Notes: generated by a model not told the origin, from the sequence alone. 34,532 bases of DNA from Octopus bimaculoides (GCF_001194135.2 NC_068992.1:6223680-6258211), one strand, 5' to 3'. Counted from the first letter of the stretch, positions 11,890 to 23,825 are shown. Numbers and translations: made by a program.

Positions 11890-12010
11890 ATAATCCTTTC
11901 TACCATAGGCACAAGAGGGATGGAGTTACTAGACATCGACTCCAGTGATTGACTGGTTATTTATTTCTCCAAAATTGAAAGCAAATTTGGTCTCGCCGTA
12001 ATCGCAACTT
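11890..12010 (-). mobile_element. Degenerate SINE remnant
   Basis: aataatcctttctaccataggcacaag...acatcgactccagtgattgactggttatttattt resembles the reversed SINE body at 8980-9030. Confidence 0.55.
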
Positions 12011-12016
12011 AGAGAG

Positions 12017-12257
12017 TACAAGAATGTGCTGAAAAGTTCCTGGCAATGGGTAACAAAAATGTACAGGGGTAAAGGTAAATACAGGAGGATCAGTTAATTA
12101 CGATTTTATTTAATATACTCCCCTGCCAGATTCACGCACTTATAGCAGCGGTCCTTCGGTTTTTCTAAGCACTGTGAAAAAACTCGGAAGATTGGACCTC
12201 TAACCAGGCCTTTCGCAATAACTTTAAAGTCTGGGACTTTTCAGCGCCACATTCGTA
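12017..12257 (-). mobile_element. Mariner-derived MITE / internal-deletion derivative with TIRs and TA ends
   Basis: Left end tacaagaatgtgctgaaaagttcctggc versus reverse complement of right end tacgaatgtggcgctgaaaagtcccagac. The minus strand encodes the mariner C-terminus LEKPKDRCYKCVNLAGEYIK*. Confidence 0.82.
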
Positions 12258-14719
12258 AAATCGGAAGAAATGCCGTTATGCATTTTCTCTGACTTAACAA
12301 TTCTGCCAACTCCCTGAGACTAATACTTTCCTCTAGAAAGCTTACTAATTTACTGCAGTAGGTTCGTTCAATCAATGGAATTTATCTCATTAATGCGCAT
12401 AGTGAAATTACTAATAAAGTTTACAGACAATTAACAACTTATAACTACGCATAACAAATTACTGTATGTAGTTTTGTCACTATAGATTCAACCGCTGATA
12501 TTTCTGTGTTTAGAATTCGGGCACAAAGTCAATGCTAACAAAGGCTAAACAACGGTGTTATTTTGTTTCCTAGGAACACAATCATACACCCCTACTGATT
12601 CGCGCAAACACTCTCACCTCGCTTATAGAGCAAACCAACATGAAAAATATGAAAAAGATGACTTAACTTACAGAACGTTTTATTTTACTTAAAGCGTCAA
12701 AAATTATTCTTAAATACAGAGGGTAATGTGTTTTTTTTTATCTCTAGTATGTTACGTGACCAAGGAGATCATACGAGATACACCGTAATATAATTTATCA
12801 AAGGAGTGTTTTGTGATACAATGAAAAAGTGTCTGCATTCACCCAACCTCCCATTTATTAATAATATGAATGTTTATGATATATACCTCACGCTTCATCC
12901 ACGTATACTGTGTCGTAGCCATTAAACACAAACAGAAACTGTAATATATTTATCAACAGAAGTCAACTTACCATTGAAATTGTAGTTATTATTATTTTCA
13001 TTGTTTTCCTCGAAAAGAAAATCTTCAAAGGCCAAAAGCAACGATCCGCTTCCTCATTGCAACTGATGTTTAAGACAGCACATTAATTATAGAAATGAGA
13101 AAACGGAAGATAAAATTGTTAATGTCATAAGATTTGTGTTCAGGGGGTTAAAATACTGCAATACTGATCTGGTGCCGAGATGTTCGAGTATAGCTGCAGC
13201 CAATGTGTTGTTGTTATGTTTATAGTTTAAGCGTCCTGAATTAGCAGATACGTTTAAACCGCATTGTATTCATGACAAAACAGCTTTCGTTTTCGGTCTC
13301 TACTTTCAAGTTGTAATAGTGATGTTTGAATGAGATTCGGCTCTTATTTTTAAAATCCTATCAGCTAATAAAATTAAAAATTTGCTGTTATTCATATTGG
13401 TAATGCAACTACTCAACGTCCCTTCTAGACAGCTGATGCTGCTTTCTAAGAAGTGTAGAGACAATTGAGACTGCAATATATACGTTTCTGAGTTAATGGA
13501 ATTCGTTCCAGCTACGATATAATGAAGGTTAGCGCTATTCAATTTTGAAAGTCATCTCAAAATGATCTCAAAATTTTGTATGTAGCGAAAGAAAAAATAA
13601 TGATAATTTCCATAAATAATTAATATATAACAGTAATTTCTTAACTACAAGCCTTTGTATCTTATTGCCCTTGTTGTTTATCAATCAAAGCCTTTAAACC
13701 CGCTGCCAACGTGTCGATAATTGCTTTAATATTCAAATAAAGTTCAATCTTGATGCTTACAGTTTATTTTATAGTGTAAGATAATTAATGTTATGCAAAA
13801 TAATTACAGAGACTTCAATATATCAAATTCTATCACTGCAGCTTTTTATTTTAGATGCCAGGCATTTAAATACATTATACTTTAATAAGTCTTACAGATT
13901 ACAGATTTCCGTATTTTGATGATATATCTAATTCCAATCATGATATGAAAGAATGAAGCCGATTACAAAGGAATTAATTTTGTCATTTAAATTTTTGATG
14001 CAGGAAAGATTTTCAACATTAAGTGGCATTTTCTTCTATTCCCAAATACGTTGCCACTGCATAAGTCTATTCCGTGCTATTTTCCACTTATATAGAAATT
14101 ATATGCATGTAAATGTGATGTTTGATCTAAAATACTTCGTATCTTTAACAATACTTTTTTGTGCGACTATTTCTTATAGTAAGATGATAACCGGTAGAAG
14201 CTTTGTAATTGATAGCTATTGATTTTGTCTTCATACAATTTATATACAAATAGCGAATAACAAAAGTATATATAAAAAAAAGTAGATTGCGTATTTGAAT
14301 AGAAATAAATTTTGAAATGGCAATATTAAAATCTAAACGGTGGGACTAAGTGGCATGCTGAACATTTTTCTGAAATGTACTTACTGACTTTGTATCGTTA
14401 ATATAGTTTGTGTTCAAAAATTACACTAAAAGCATAAATATAAGAGAAGAAACATTATTTATGAAATGTTTCAAACTGGATTGAATGCAAGATTTATGAT
14501 GACATAAATAAGCATGATATCAAATGAATAGAAAAGTAAATGTTTTTTAATAATTTATTACATTCAATATAGTTTGTTAAACAGATTTTTAATGTGACGT
14601 CGTCTCTCTTCTGCTTTCAGTAATTTTTATAATTTAAAAACTAACTAGAGATAAAATAATGTTACGTTTTCTTTTCTGTCTAATATGTTTATATATTTTT
14701 ACTTATATTTTTCTTATAA

Positions 14720-14724
14720 TACAT

Positions 14725-14767
<43 letters not shown>

Positions 14768-14989
14768 NNNNNNNNNNNNNNNNNNNNNNNNNNNNNNNNN
14801 NNNNNNNNNNNNNNNNNNNNNNNNNNNNNNNNNNNNNNNNNNNNNNNNNNNNNNNNNNNNNNNNNNNNNNNNNNNNNNNNNNNNNNNNNNNNNNNNNNNN
14901 NNNNNNNNNNNNNNNNNNNNNNNNNNNNNNNNNNNNNNNNNNNNNNNNNNNNNNNNNNNNNNNNNNNNNNNNNNNNNNNNNNNNNNNNN

Positions 14990-15066
<77 letters not shown>

Positions 15067-15100
15067 CATACATATGTGCACACATATGTATATACGTATA
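14720..15100. repeat. (AT)n and (CA)n microsatellites flanking gap N 14768-14989
   Basis: Direct reading. Confidence 0.95.
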
Positions 15101-15227
15101 GTCTTATAAATGTTTCTAAACTTTTATCCAAACGAATTTCTGAATACTGAACTTACAACAACATTGGAAAAATTAAAGTATATTCAACTGACTTTTCTTT
15201 CAGGTCCTTCCTTCTCGGTATGACACA

Positions 15228-15295
15228 GCCGTTAGTGTAGAGGTAGGACATACCCCTTCCATGCACGTGTTACTGAGTTCGATCCTCCCCTGTAA
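15228..15295 (+). pseudogene. tRNA-Gly(TCC)-like pseudogene or isolated SINE head
   Basis: gccgttagtgtagaggtaggacataccccttccatgcacgtgttactgagttcgatcctcccc aligns to metazoan tRNA-Gly-TCC: A-box tagtgtagaggt, anticodon loop cttccat, B-box gagttcgatcc. The anticodon stem does not pair. Confidence 0.45.
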
Positions 15296-15578
15296 TAACC
15301 TAGACACCAGCCTTTCTTCGCGAGCTTGAAGTGTCTGTAAGTATTTGTGTATATTTTGGAGCCGTTTATGTCCTCATTCTTACTTATTCCACAACTAGGT
15401 ATTGGTAAATAAAGTAGCAGATTGAAGTAAATAATACAATCGATATGATTTTCGAACATTTGGGATAGCGCTGGTTCAGAATAATCTAAGGAAGTAAAAG
15501 AAATAATTTCATATAGAAAACAGAAACACAAAGTTGTGCGCATACATACATACAAACATACATATATATATATACCTC

Positions 15579-15617
<39 letters not shown>

Positions 15618-16124
15618 ACACACACACACACACAAACACGCACCTATATATATATAGGGGAGTGTTGGCCCTGGTACGGATTACCTGAGTCTATTATAGC
15701 CCAAGAAAGTCTATATTGTATTTTTCTATTAATTAGATGGTGTACGTGGCTGGCTAGTGATGTGGAATTGTTATTCTCTTTATATTTAAACGAGTTTAAA
15801 TGTACATAATATCTTTGTTTAAAACATGTAGTAGATCGAATATATTAGCTATAGGAGTTATTTGCTAGGCTGTGAATGGTGCATTGGCATACGACGCTGA
15901 ATCCACTGCATTGAGATTGCAGCGGGTAGTCTGTTCCGGATCTGCAGTTGCCGATATCAGTTCTACGATGGTTAATTGTAGAGAGATGAGGTAGTGCTGG
16001 TAGTGACTAGGGTAGTATACACCCACACACTCACACAAACACACACACGCGTATACATATAAAACAGATGTATGTGTGTGTGCGTGTGTGTGTCTGCCTG
16101 TCTGTGTGTATGCTCGTTATGCAT

Positions 16125-16690
16125 TTCACACTTTTCAAACGATTTCGCTCAAACATAATACGATAGCTTATGCTCCAAGGATGGTCATGACCTTCTTTGT
16201 ATATTCCAGACCCACCCACCCCGCGTATAACCAAACACCGCGAATAACTGTTCCGAAAACCAGATTTTTGTCCATAAACCCCTTGTTTTTAGAGCTATTT
16301 CCTCTAAATTTTACACGATCATTACTCATGGCATAAGAATTTGTTTTGCTTAAAATTTTGTTAAGGTCTTCTGCGCTAATCGTGAAAAATCCGCGAATAA
16401 CTGTGTAAAAATTTGTCTTTTGCCAATAACTTCTGCTATTCTCAACCAATTCGCTCCAAATTTGGGACAAACATTACTCATGCTTTAAGAATTATTTTAA
16501 ACTTACGTTTCTGTCGACTCAATCCACGTTGAATGAGAAATGTCAGCGAATAACTGCGTGAAATTCGGTCTTTTGCCAATAACTTCCGCAGTTCCAATAC
16601 TGATTCGCACCAAATTTGGCAAAAATATTACCCGTGATTAATTGACTGTTTTAACTAATGTTTTGTTAAGTTTATTCGCTATTAAATTTT
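16125..16690 (+). repeat. 153-bp-period diverged tandem array (three units plus a partial fourth)
   Basis: The anchor c(c/a)gcgaataactg occurs at 16238, 16391 and 16544 (period 153). ttcgctc at 16144 lies exactly 306 bp before its match at 16450. Units share tcttttgccaataactt and ccaaatttgg. Confidence 0.9.
16217..16323 (+). repeat. Left arm of a long inverted repeat (partner 21504-21609)
   Basis: Hand alignment with the reverse complement of 21504-21609 gives 7 mismatches and 1 gap in 107 columns (~92%). Confidence 0.95.
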
Positions 16691-17685
16691 CAATTTACTA
16701 GATTAAACTTGGTTTTGTGCTTACAACGTCTGCCGTTTGCTCACGCGTCAAGGATAGTGGGGCAGTTTTACGTCACTGATTTGATTGATGTCCTTAATCA
16801 ACGCCTCTCTTATCGCCTCCCGTTATGACCCACCCCACACACACTTCAGCACAAATTGCCTTGAATTACTCTCCTCTCGTGGTGTGCTAACAAAGGGTGA
16901 TCTACGAGCATGACCTTTGACATGTAAGCGTGAATACTACTCATTTGCACCCCGATTTTTGATCTGTGTATATTAGTGTTTACTTAACCCGCCCCCACGC
17001 TGTTATCACCTACAGCCACGATGCACCTCCCTCCACTTCAGCCTCTTATTTGGTGTGAACTACTTTTACCACGTCCTTAGAGTTTACTCACTTCCTCCTC
17101 CCCCCCCCTTTATCGCCGACGACCATAATGCCCGCTTTTCACCACCATTTTCCTTAATGGTATGTCAATGGTCTGCCATTAAGGGGCGAAATGTGAACAT
17201 GACTTTTGACCTATGCGAGTAAATAGTATTGATTATCCACTGTAATGAGCCTGTCCAATTAATTCTTTGAATTTTATTGATGAAACACCATTCGCCTGAT
17301 CATGCCAGTGTCAAATCGTAATTATTGATGCGCTTTTGTGCATATCTGATATGTGCTTCGGCTTACAGGTTAGGCTTACTATTTCACATGTATTATTGCT
17401 TTAGCTTCATACTTCCTGTTGGAATTTTCCGTTGTCCTCATACTCAATTAAGTTAACACGTTCATACTGTTGCCACCTACCAGTTTTTAGCTTACGTATC
17501 GTTAAAAAATATTGTATTCAGTATCTTTGTGTCCACATAGCTAACTGTCTGTCCCTGCTCTCACCTTGTTTGAATAATACATTTAATAGGTTCACTTTTT
17601 ATACTCCGTGCCAAATTCATTTTCAGTGTGCCCTTTGGCCAATTTTTAAAAACTCGCAAATTAAATATAGTCCAATACTACCGCC

Positions 17686-18570
17686 ATTCCGCCTAAGAAA
17701 AGAATGCACCCTGGTCATAAGACAGAGTCTGCTTCGGCTGCCAAAAGGAGGTGGAGCCATGTTTCTCTCATAGCCAATTATATGACGAATGCTCCAGAGT
17801 TGGAAGCAAACAAAATCTATTCGTACTTGTCCCTAATGGCAAAACGAAAAATATGGTCTACACAGAAGTGTTGTAGGCACTTCATGCGCCAACTGCTTTC
17901 AAATTCGTGAATCTCAGTGTCTCCATTACAACAGTGCAACTTTGCAGACTTGATATGCGTTGAGTGCTACTGTAGTCATGCTTTCAAAGTTACTAACTTT
18001 CCTCACTATGCCGTGTAACTATTAGACATCAAACAGAAGAATAAGAGGAAGCATAGGTATGAACGAGAATGAAAACTCATTAAACACGGTCGGAGAACCT
18101 GCGCGGCTGTTCATGGGATATGAAAGTGATTTATGGCATTTTAAAGAATTGATATATACTTCCTAGTTACGGATTACTTAAATTGTATTTTCTAAAAGCA
18201 TTGAACCCGGGATTCTTTATTTCAATTGGAAAATTTGCCATGAATAACAGTTTGATCTTTTAAATATACAATGACCACACAAGAAATCTAACCAATGACA
18301 CCCAAGAACTTTGCATTGAATTGACTGTTTGACGTCAGCGCCAACCAGCAACTTTTATAAATGCACTTAATGACATTTCAATTGTTTAACGAATCGATGT
18401 TGTCGATTACAAATAAATCAAGCTTAATGTAATAAACTCTCTCAGCGAAGAGACAGATATGGAGAGAAGTAAATATGCCAGACAAGGTCAGGCAGCAGTA
18501 TTTCCACGAGAATCGAAAAGAATGTAACGTACTCAATTCGGTATCAGAGCTTATCTTGCGAATATGACTA
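17686..18570 (+). pseudogene. Decayed Mutator-like/Kolobok-type DDE transposase, N-terminal half
   Basis: Kozak-like ccgccATT (probable mutated ATG) then PPKKRMHPGHKTESASAAKRRW. Zinc-ribbon-like SCANCF...LICVEC (~17885-17970); DI(N)RRI (~18025); CIELTV/FDVS (FD at 18328-18333, ITVSFDGSW-like first D); ALNDISIV..VVDY (~18400); CNKLSQRRDRYGE (18428); IRYQSLSCEYD (18536-18568, RY..LSDGD-like). Multiple frameshifts; recognised by motif order. Confidence 0.55.
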
Positions 18571-18644
18571 TCTGAAAATCGAACTAGACTGATATTAACT
18601 TTGTGCGAGTTACGCTACTACAAACGACAATCGTATTCTCCTCA

Positions 18645-18647
<3 letters not shown>

Positions 18648-18685
<38 letters not shown>
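18648..18685. repeat. (CT)n microsatellite
   Basis: Direct reading. Confidence 0.95.
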
Positions 18686-18688
<3 letters not shown>

Positions 18689-18995
18689 ATCGCGTTTTCT
18701 CTTCTTTTTTTGCTAACATAACTACAGAACCAATCCACACATACACCACAGTAACAAAAGAACTGTTTCTTTCAGACTGCAGTTTCCTAGTGAACCATCA
18801 TGCCCAATATATTCTTTTAACAAGAAAACAAGGTAACGGGATGATTTGAAAGTTTCATCTTTCCGCTGCCGCATTCATCTTTCAATATTGTATTTTATTC
18901 TTATATTGGCTTCATTTTCATTTTACTCCGAACCCATCCATCAATAAATCACACAATATTGCCCAAACGTCTCTAACTTGCTTAGCGATAAACTG

Positions 18996-20231
18996 CGAGG
19001 ATCGGCTGAAAATTTCATAGGATAACCAGGTAACTCTCATGGAATGTGATCGAATGATGTCTTTTTTTTTCCATGATAGTCACCCCCGTCAACGGTCCAC
19101 ACATTTCTTTCATGAGTGTTGCAGTGCTTGGATCCCGTTGTTGAAGAAGCTTTCGTTCTATTGGTCAAAAAAGTTACTAACAGCAGATATGACGTAATCT
19201 TCACTACGATACTGGTTTCCTGCAAAGCTTTTTCTCATGTTGGGGAACAAATGATAGTCAAGTAGGGCTATATCAAAAACAAAAATAAATGCGGGCGGCC
19301 AACCAGTTCTACGACACTGCTATGCACAGCAACCATTGAAAGCAAGGACTTGTCTGCTGGACCATTGTCCTCGTGAAATAAGAGCCTTCTCGCCAGTTTT
19401 CCTGGGCGTTTAACCTTGATAACATTTCAAGTTGGCATAGAATATTCCATTTATGGTGTATCCCATTTGAAGATGCTCAATAAGCACAATGCCTATTGTC
19501 CCAAAAAATGATGCCATCAATTTCAATGCCGGCGAAACGACCTTGGCTTTCTTTGGAATAGGTGAACTGTTGTGTTACCGCTACATGGATTGTCTCTTTG
19601 ACTATGGGAGAAAGGGATCGAGTCAAAACTCATCTTGGTTAACGAAACGTTCTAGGAAACCAACAGGTTCTGCCTCAAACAGTATCAGATATTTCTGTGT
19701 TGTGATCAGCTTGGTGCATTTTTGATCGTCATGCCCAGGTCATTTTGCAGAATATCCGCAACTCTCTCATAGGACATGTCAATACCATTGGCTATTTTAC
19801 TCATAGTCAACTGCCTGTCATCCATCACCAGTCTGGCGAACATAATCATTATCTTCCTCGGTAGTGGCAGTTGCAAGAAAACAGAGCTTGAGTCATCTTC
19901 AAGACCCCTCTTTACCTCCTAAATTCAGATACCCACTTTTGCACACTTTATAAAGTTGGAAGGTCATCCCCTAATATAGCATAGCATGCCAGTATGAATG
20001 TTCCTTTTCCTGCAGATTCTCGATAACACCTCGATTCCAAATTTTGTCAATTTTCAAGAGATGCCGCTACTAGTTGCATTTAAAATCTTCTTTGAACAGC
20101 CAGATATCAGTTTACCTGAAAAGAAACAATGTAGTTATTAATAAGGAGAGTTGAAATTAGTGCAAGCAAGATTTCGCACTTCTAGCATCACTCCTTCATA
20201 GCCAAGTTATGAACTTTTCAACCCAGCCTCG
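18996..20231 (-). mobile_element. Near-full-length (~1.24 kb) decayed mariner element with both TIRs
   Basis: TIRs cgaggatcggctgaaaatttcata (18996) and cgaggctgggttgaaaagttcata (reverse complement ending 20231). Minus-strand frames give GDDLPTL*SVQKWVSEFRR, LEDDS, MDDRQLTMSKIA, FLERFVNQDE, PKKAKVVS, GIVLIEHL, LLFHEDNGPA, DIALLDYHLFPNMRK and SFFNNGIQAL. Confidence 0.93.
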
Positions 20232-20559
20232 TGTCGCTTCGCCTGTTACGAGTACAGCTGCGATATAGTTGCATAATTGAATTGAAACACACTAAACATA
20301 TGAGCATTAATAGAAATGTAATCTCAACTGAAATGATTTAATTATTCATATTATTCACATCATTACTACATCTGCATTTGCCTGTGAGAATGTTTCTGTT
20401 TCCTTTTGTGGATCGATCACATAAACATCGTGTCTTATGTGTTATAAGAAAACCGAAACTTGGCGGATGATTGCCAATTTAAAAATTTTCGCTGCACGAC
20501 TAAATTCTTGTCTATTTTACATATTGTATACAACTTCTGTGTACCTAGATAGTTTTAGC

Positions 20560-20993
20560 AAATCACTCGTGAAAAAGATAACCACATATTCCAGACGTAC
20601 TTACAATATGAACTCACAGCACAAATTTGAATAGTGATTTCATTGAGTAATTTCATTATTTCCTATGAATCGTTTGTCACGCAAATATCTTGTAACAGCA
20701 CTAGTGCTAAGCTTGTCATTTCTAAAAGCAAATAACAATTTACTGTCAGATTATATTAAGAAGCAAACCTAGTTGTTTTCATTAGTAAAAGTATTGATGT
20801 AACAAGCAGGCCAGGATTGCAAGAAGTGTAGTACAGAATGGATTTCGTAACAGCTCGGACGCTAGATTTTAGCATCAACTTCACCATTGATACCAGACAA
20901 GATATACGTACCATTTTCACCAGATTTTCTACAAATGAACTAAAGAAATTTGGTAATCAGCTTAGATATTTTTTTAACAAACAGTGGGTTTAA
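20560..20993 (+). pseudogene. Probable C-terminal continuation of the Mutator-like/Kolobok-type transposase
   Basis: In order: VKKITTYSRR (KKLTNYYRKA-like), SCNSTSAK (HC.STD.K-like), KPSCFH (SWCF-like), SRPG, then an open frame 20838-20993 with DIRTIFTRFSTNELKK (IYQRLASNELLKR-like). Each match is weak alone; the order supports it. Confidence 0.35.
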
Positions 20994-21064
20994 CGTAAAT
21001 TTATACAAATATATACAAATACGAAAGCGATTTCACGGACATATTGCCGTTATTCCACATATGA

Positions 21065-21069
21065 ACACA

Positions 21070-21115
<46 letters not shown>

Positions 21116-21420
21116 NNNNNNNNNNNNNNNNNNNNNNNNNNNNNNNNNNNNNNNNNNNNNNNNNNNNNNNNNNNNNNNNNNNNNNNNNNNNNNNNNNNNN
21201 NNNNNNNNNNNNNNNNNNNNNNNNNNNNNNNNNNNNNNNNNNNNNNNNNNNNNNNNNNNNNNNNNNNNNNNNNNNNNNNNNNNNNNNNNNNNNNNNNNNN
21301 NNNNNNNNNNNNNNNNNNNNNNNNNNNNNNNNNNNNNNNNNNNNNNNNNNNNNNNNNNNNNNNNNNNNNNNNNNNNNNNNNNNNNNNNNNNNNNNNNATA
21401 TATGTTTGTATGTATGTATA
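21065..21420. repeat. (CA)n microsatellite and gap N 21116-21397
   Basis: Direct reading. Confidence 0.95.
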
Positions 21421-21503
21421 TATGGATCAAAGCAGTTTGTTTCAAATTCGTTGCTACTCCTGAGTTTCAAGCCTGATGCTAGTCGTCAGCCATTTTGAAT
21501 TTG

Positions 21504-21609
21504 AATGGTCGTGTAAAATTTAGAGGAAATCGCTCGAAAAACAAGGGGTTATGGACAAAAAACTGGTTTTCTGAACAGTTATTCGCGGTTTTTGGTTATA
21601 CGTGGGGTG
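21504..21609 (-). repeat. Right arm of the long inverted repeat (partner 16217-16323)
   Basis: Reverse complement reads caccccacgtataaccaaaaaccgcgaataactgttcagaaaaccag...ttttacacgaccatt. Confidence 0.95.
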
Positions 21610-22500
21610 ATATTTTCGGTTGTCTATAATATTTACATTTCGCTTCCATCATTCGGTGATGATGCTCTATCTTGTTGACTGATATTTACAGCAACACAGC
21701 ACTAAAGACCGTGTCTTTATGCACTGATTGCCTAAGTGATGAAACGAAATTCGCTTACGGGAGCAAACTGAAGTCAAATTCAGGATGTTCAAAGCGTTAT
21801 CATTGCCGCCCCAAAAAGTTTAGTGGAGGGGCAGTTTTACCACCCCTGCATCCACTGTTCCTGAGCCTTTGACGAATTAAAGAAACGGCAAATAGCCGGA
21901 ACATCATCATGCTTGAGATATAAACGGCAAGATAAATATGCACAGATGTTTTTTTTTTTCGTCGAATCATTCTTTCCTCTTATATATTTAATAGAGATAA
22001 TGGTCATAACTGCAACAAATTTCTATTTAAGTGTAAAGCACTCAACAACAAAAAAACGCTTTCATAATACAGATTAATACTTTCCTTGTGATTTTTATAT
22101 GTATCGAGTTCCCATAAAAATCTCACTGAAGTAGCTTATGTTGTTAAGTGTAATATATTTCCCGGAACAAATCACTTGAGTTATTTCCACAGACTCGTTA
22201 AAATAGTATTTTTGTAGCTTGTTCACAAACGTACTCACTTCCATCATATCATACCTTTGTCTTCCTACACAGACTAAAGAAGTAATTAGTTACATAGACA
22301 TTGATCTCCAACTTATTCCTAGTTAGTTATAGAGCACTCTCGGTGAATACATAATTCGCTTAAACAAATCAAGATATGCCCCTTGAGATTCACGTCTGCT
22401 TACTACCAGGTCTGAAGGCACATGCATATATAAATATATAATCACGCACGCACACACATATGAATATATATATGCGTGTGTGTGCGTGTGTGTGTGTGTA

Positions 22501-22551
<51 letters not shown>

Positions 22552-23821
22552 CCTTGTATATTTGAATAGATACACAGATCGACAGATAAACATATATGGA
22601 TATAGATATATAGTTATGCATACATACATTCACACGAACACATATTCCTATCTGAATTGTTCCATATAAACAGTTACCATCAATGAAGAGTTTCCACATT
22701 TCATAAATAACTGGTTATTGATATTACGCAAGTAACACTTACAACTAATATCGGTGCTGCTGCTGCTACGAAGGCTGATGGTATCGTTGCTAGCGTCGCA
22801 AGTGCTGTTTGCAAACGTCATTGTATCTGTACTTGCCATTAACATTGTTTTACGTACATCTATTATAATACTTTACACGCTCTTCCGCAGAAGTATTATT
22901 TATATGGTTGACATTATTCCTTGAAATTTGAAATAAATTTCTTCAAATCATCCTCAAACGCACCAAATATTCTTTATATAAGTAGTAACGACACTGTATT
23001 TCTCTATATTTTCGAGAAAATTGTTCCAATTGCAACGTTTTTCACTTGCATTTGTGACGGCGTTTATCTGGAATAGATTGAGCGGGTTATTTCAAGTGAA
23101 ACTATAATGGCAGGATGAGATAACTATTGTACCCGGCACACACGGATGAGAGATATCATCTGCCTGTTGTAATTTCCAAATCTGGACACCTTTCGAGTGT
23201 GAAAAAATCATCAACTGAGCTGCAGACTTAGTCATACGATTTTGACCATTCTATCTACAACACATAAGTGAATGGATCACTAAGTAATTCATCTGATAGT
23301 AAACGAAACGTTCAGCAAGTTATTTCTTTCATGTAAGGGACTACAGGATCAAATTATTAGGAACAACATAATGAAAGCGATCACATATTAACACGATGCT
23401 TCTTACCTTTCGCATTATGATGGATAGCGAATAGTAAAATAAATGATTATTAAATAATTAGTCAGTTTTAAAAATCGATAGATATATGTATTTATTTTTG
23501 GTTTGGATTAATTTTGCCTGATTTTTTTTTTCTTGAGAAATTGCTATTTTAGACAAAAAATAGAAGAAACAGGATGTAACTTAAAATTGCACAGCCATAT
23601 TGATAAATTTTGTGAGTATGCATGTGTATGTATGTATGTATGTCCACGAGTATGTGTGTATGCGTGTGAGTTTTTGTGTGCGTGTGTGTGTTTGTGTGTA
23701 GGTATATGCATAAAGGGATATGCATTTATGCAGTTATATGCTTTTGTGAGGATAGATTATGATTAAATTTGTGTACATACATATATGAATGTTTACACAC
23801 ACTCACGAACATACACACACC

Positions 23822-23825
<4 letters not shown>

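Larger units (their letters stand above)
16125..21670 (+). mobile_element. Putative large TIR/foldback-type DNA transposon relic (Mutator-like or Kolobok-type) with a nested mariner
   Basis: An inward-facing inverted repeat pair and subterminal 153-bp array enclose colinear decayed transposase motifs at 17686-18570 and 20560-20993. Exact termini and TSD were not resolved. Confidence 0.55.

Noticed and set aside
13380-13540. KFAVIHIGNATTQRPF, faintly like the hAT dimerisation motif (PVSNATAERSFS)
   Set aside because: A single weak motif with no TIR or further colinear support.
16125-16690. CRISPR-like regularly spaced repeats
   Set aside because: Eukaryotic context; whole units are homologous rather than repeat plus unique spacer; no cas genes.
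18292-18361. CCAAT + perfect CRE (TGACGTCA, 18330-18337) + TATAAA promoter-like cluster
   Set aside because: The CRE coincides with the FD(G>V)S catalytic-motif codons of the decayed transposase, so it is more simply a coding relic.
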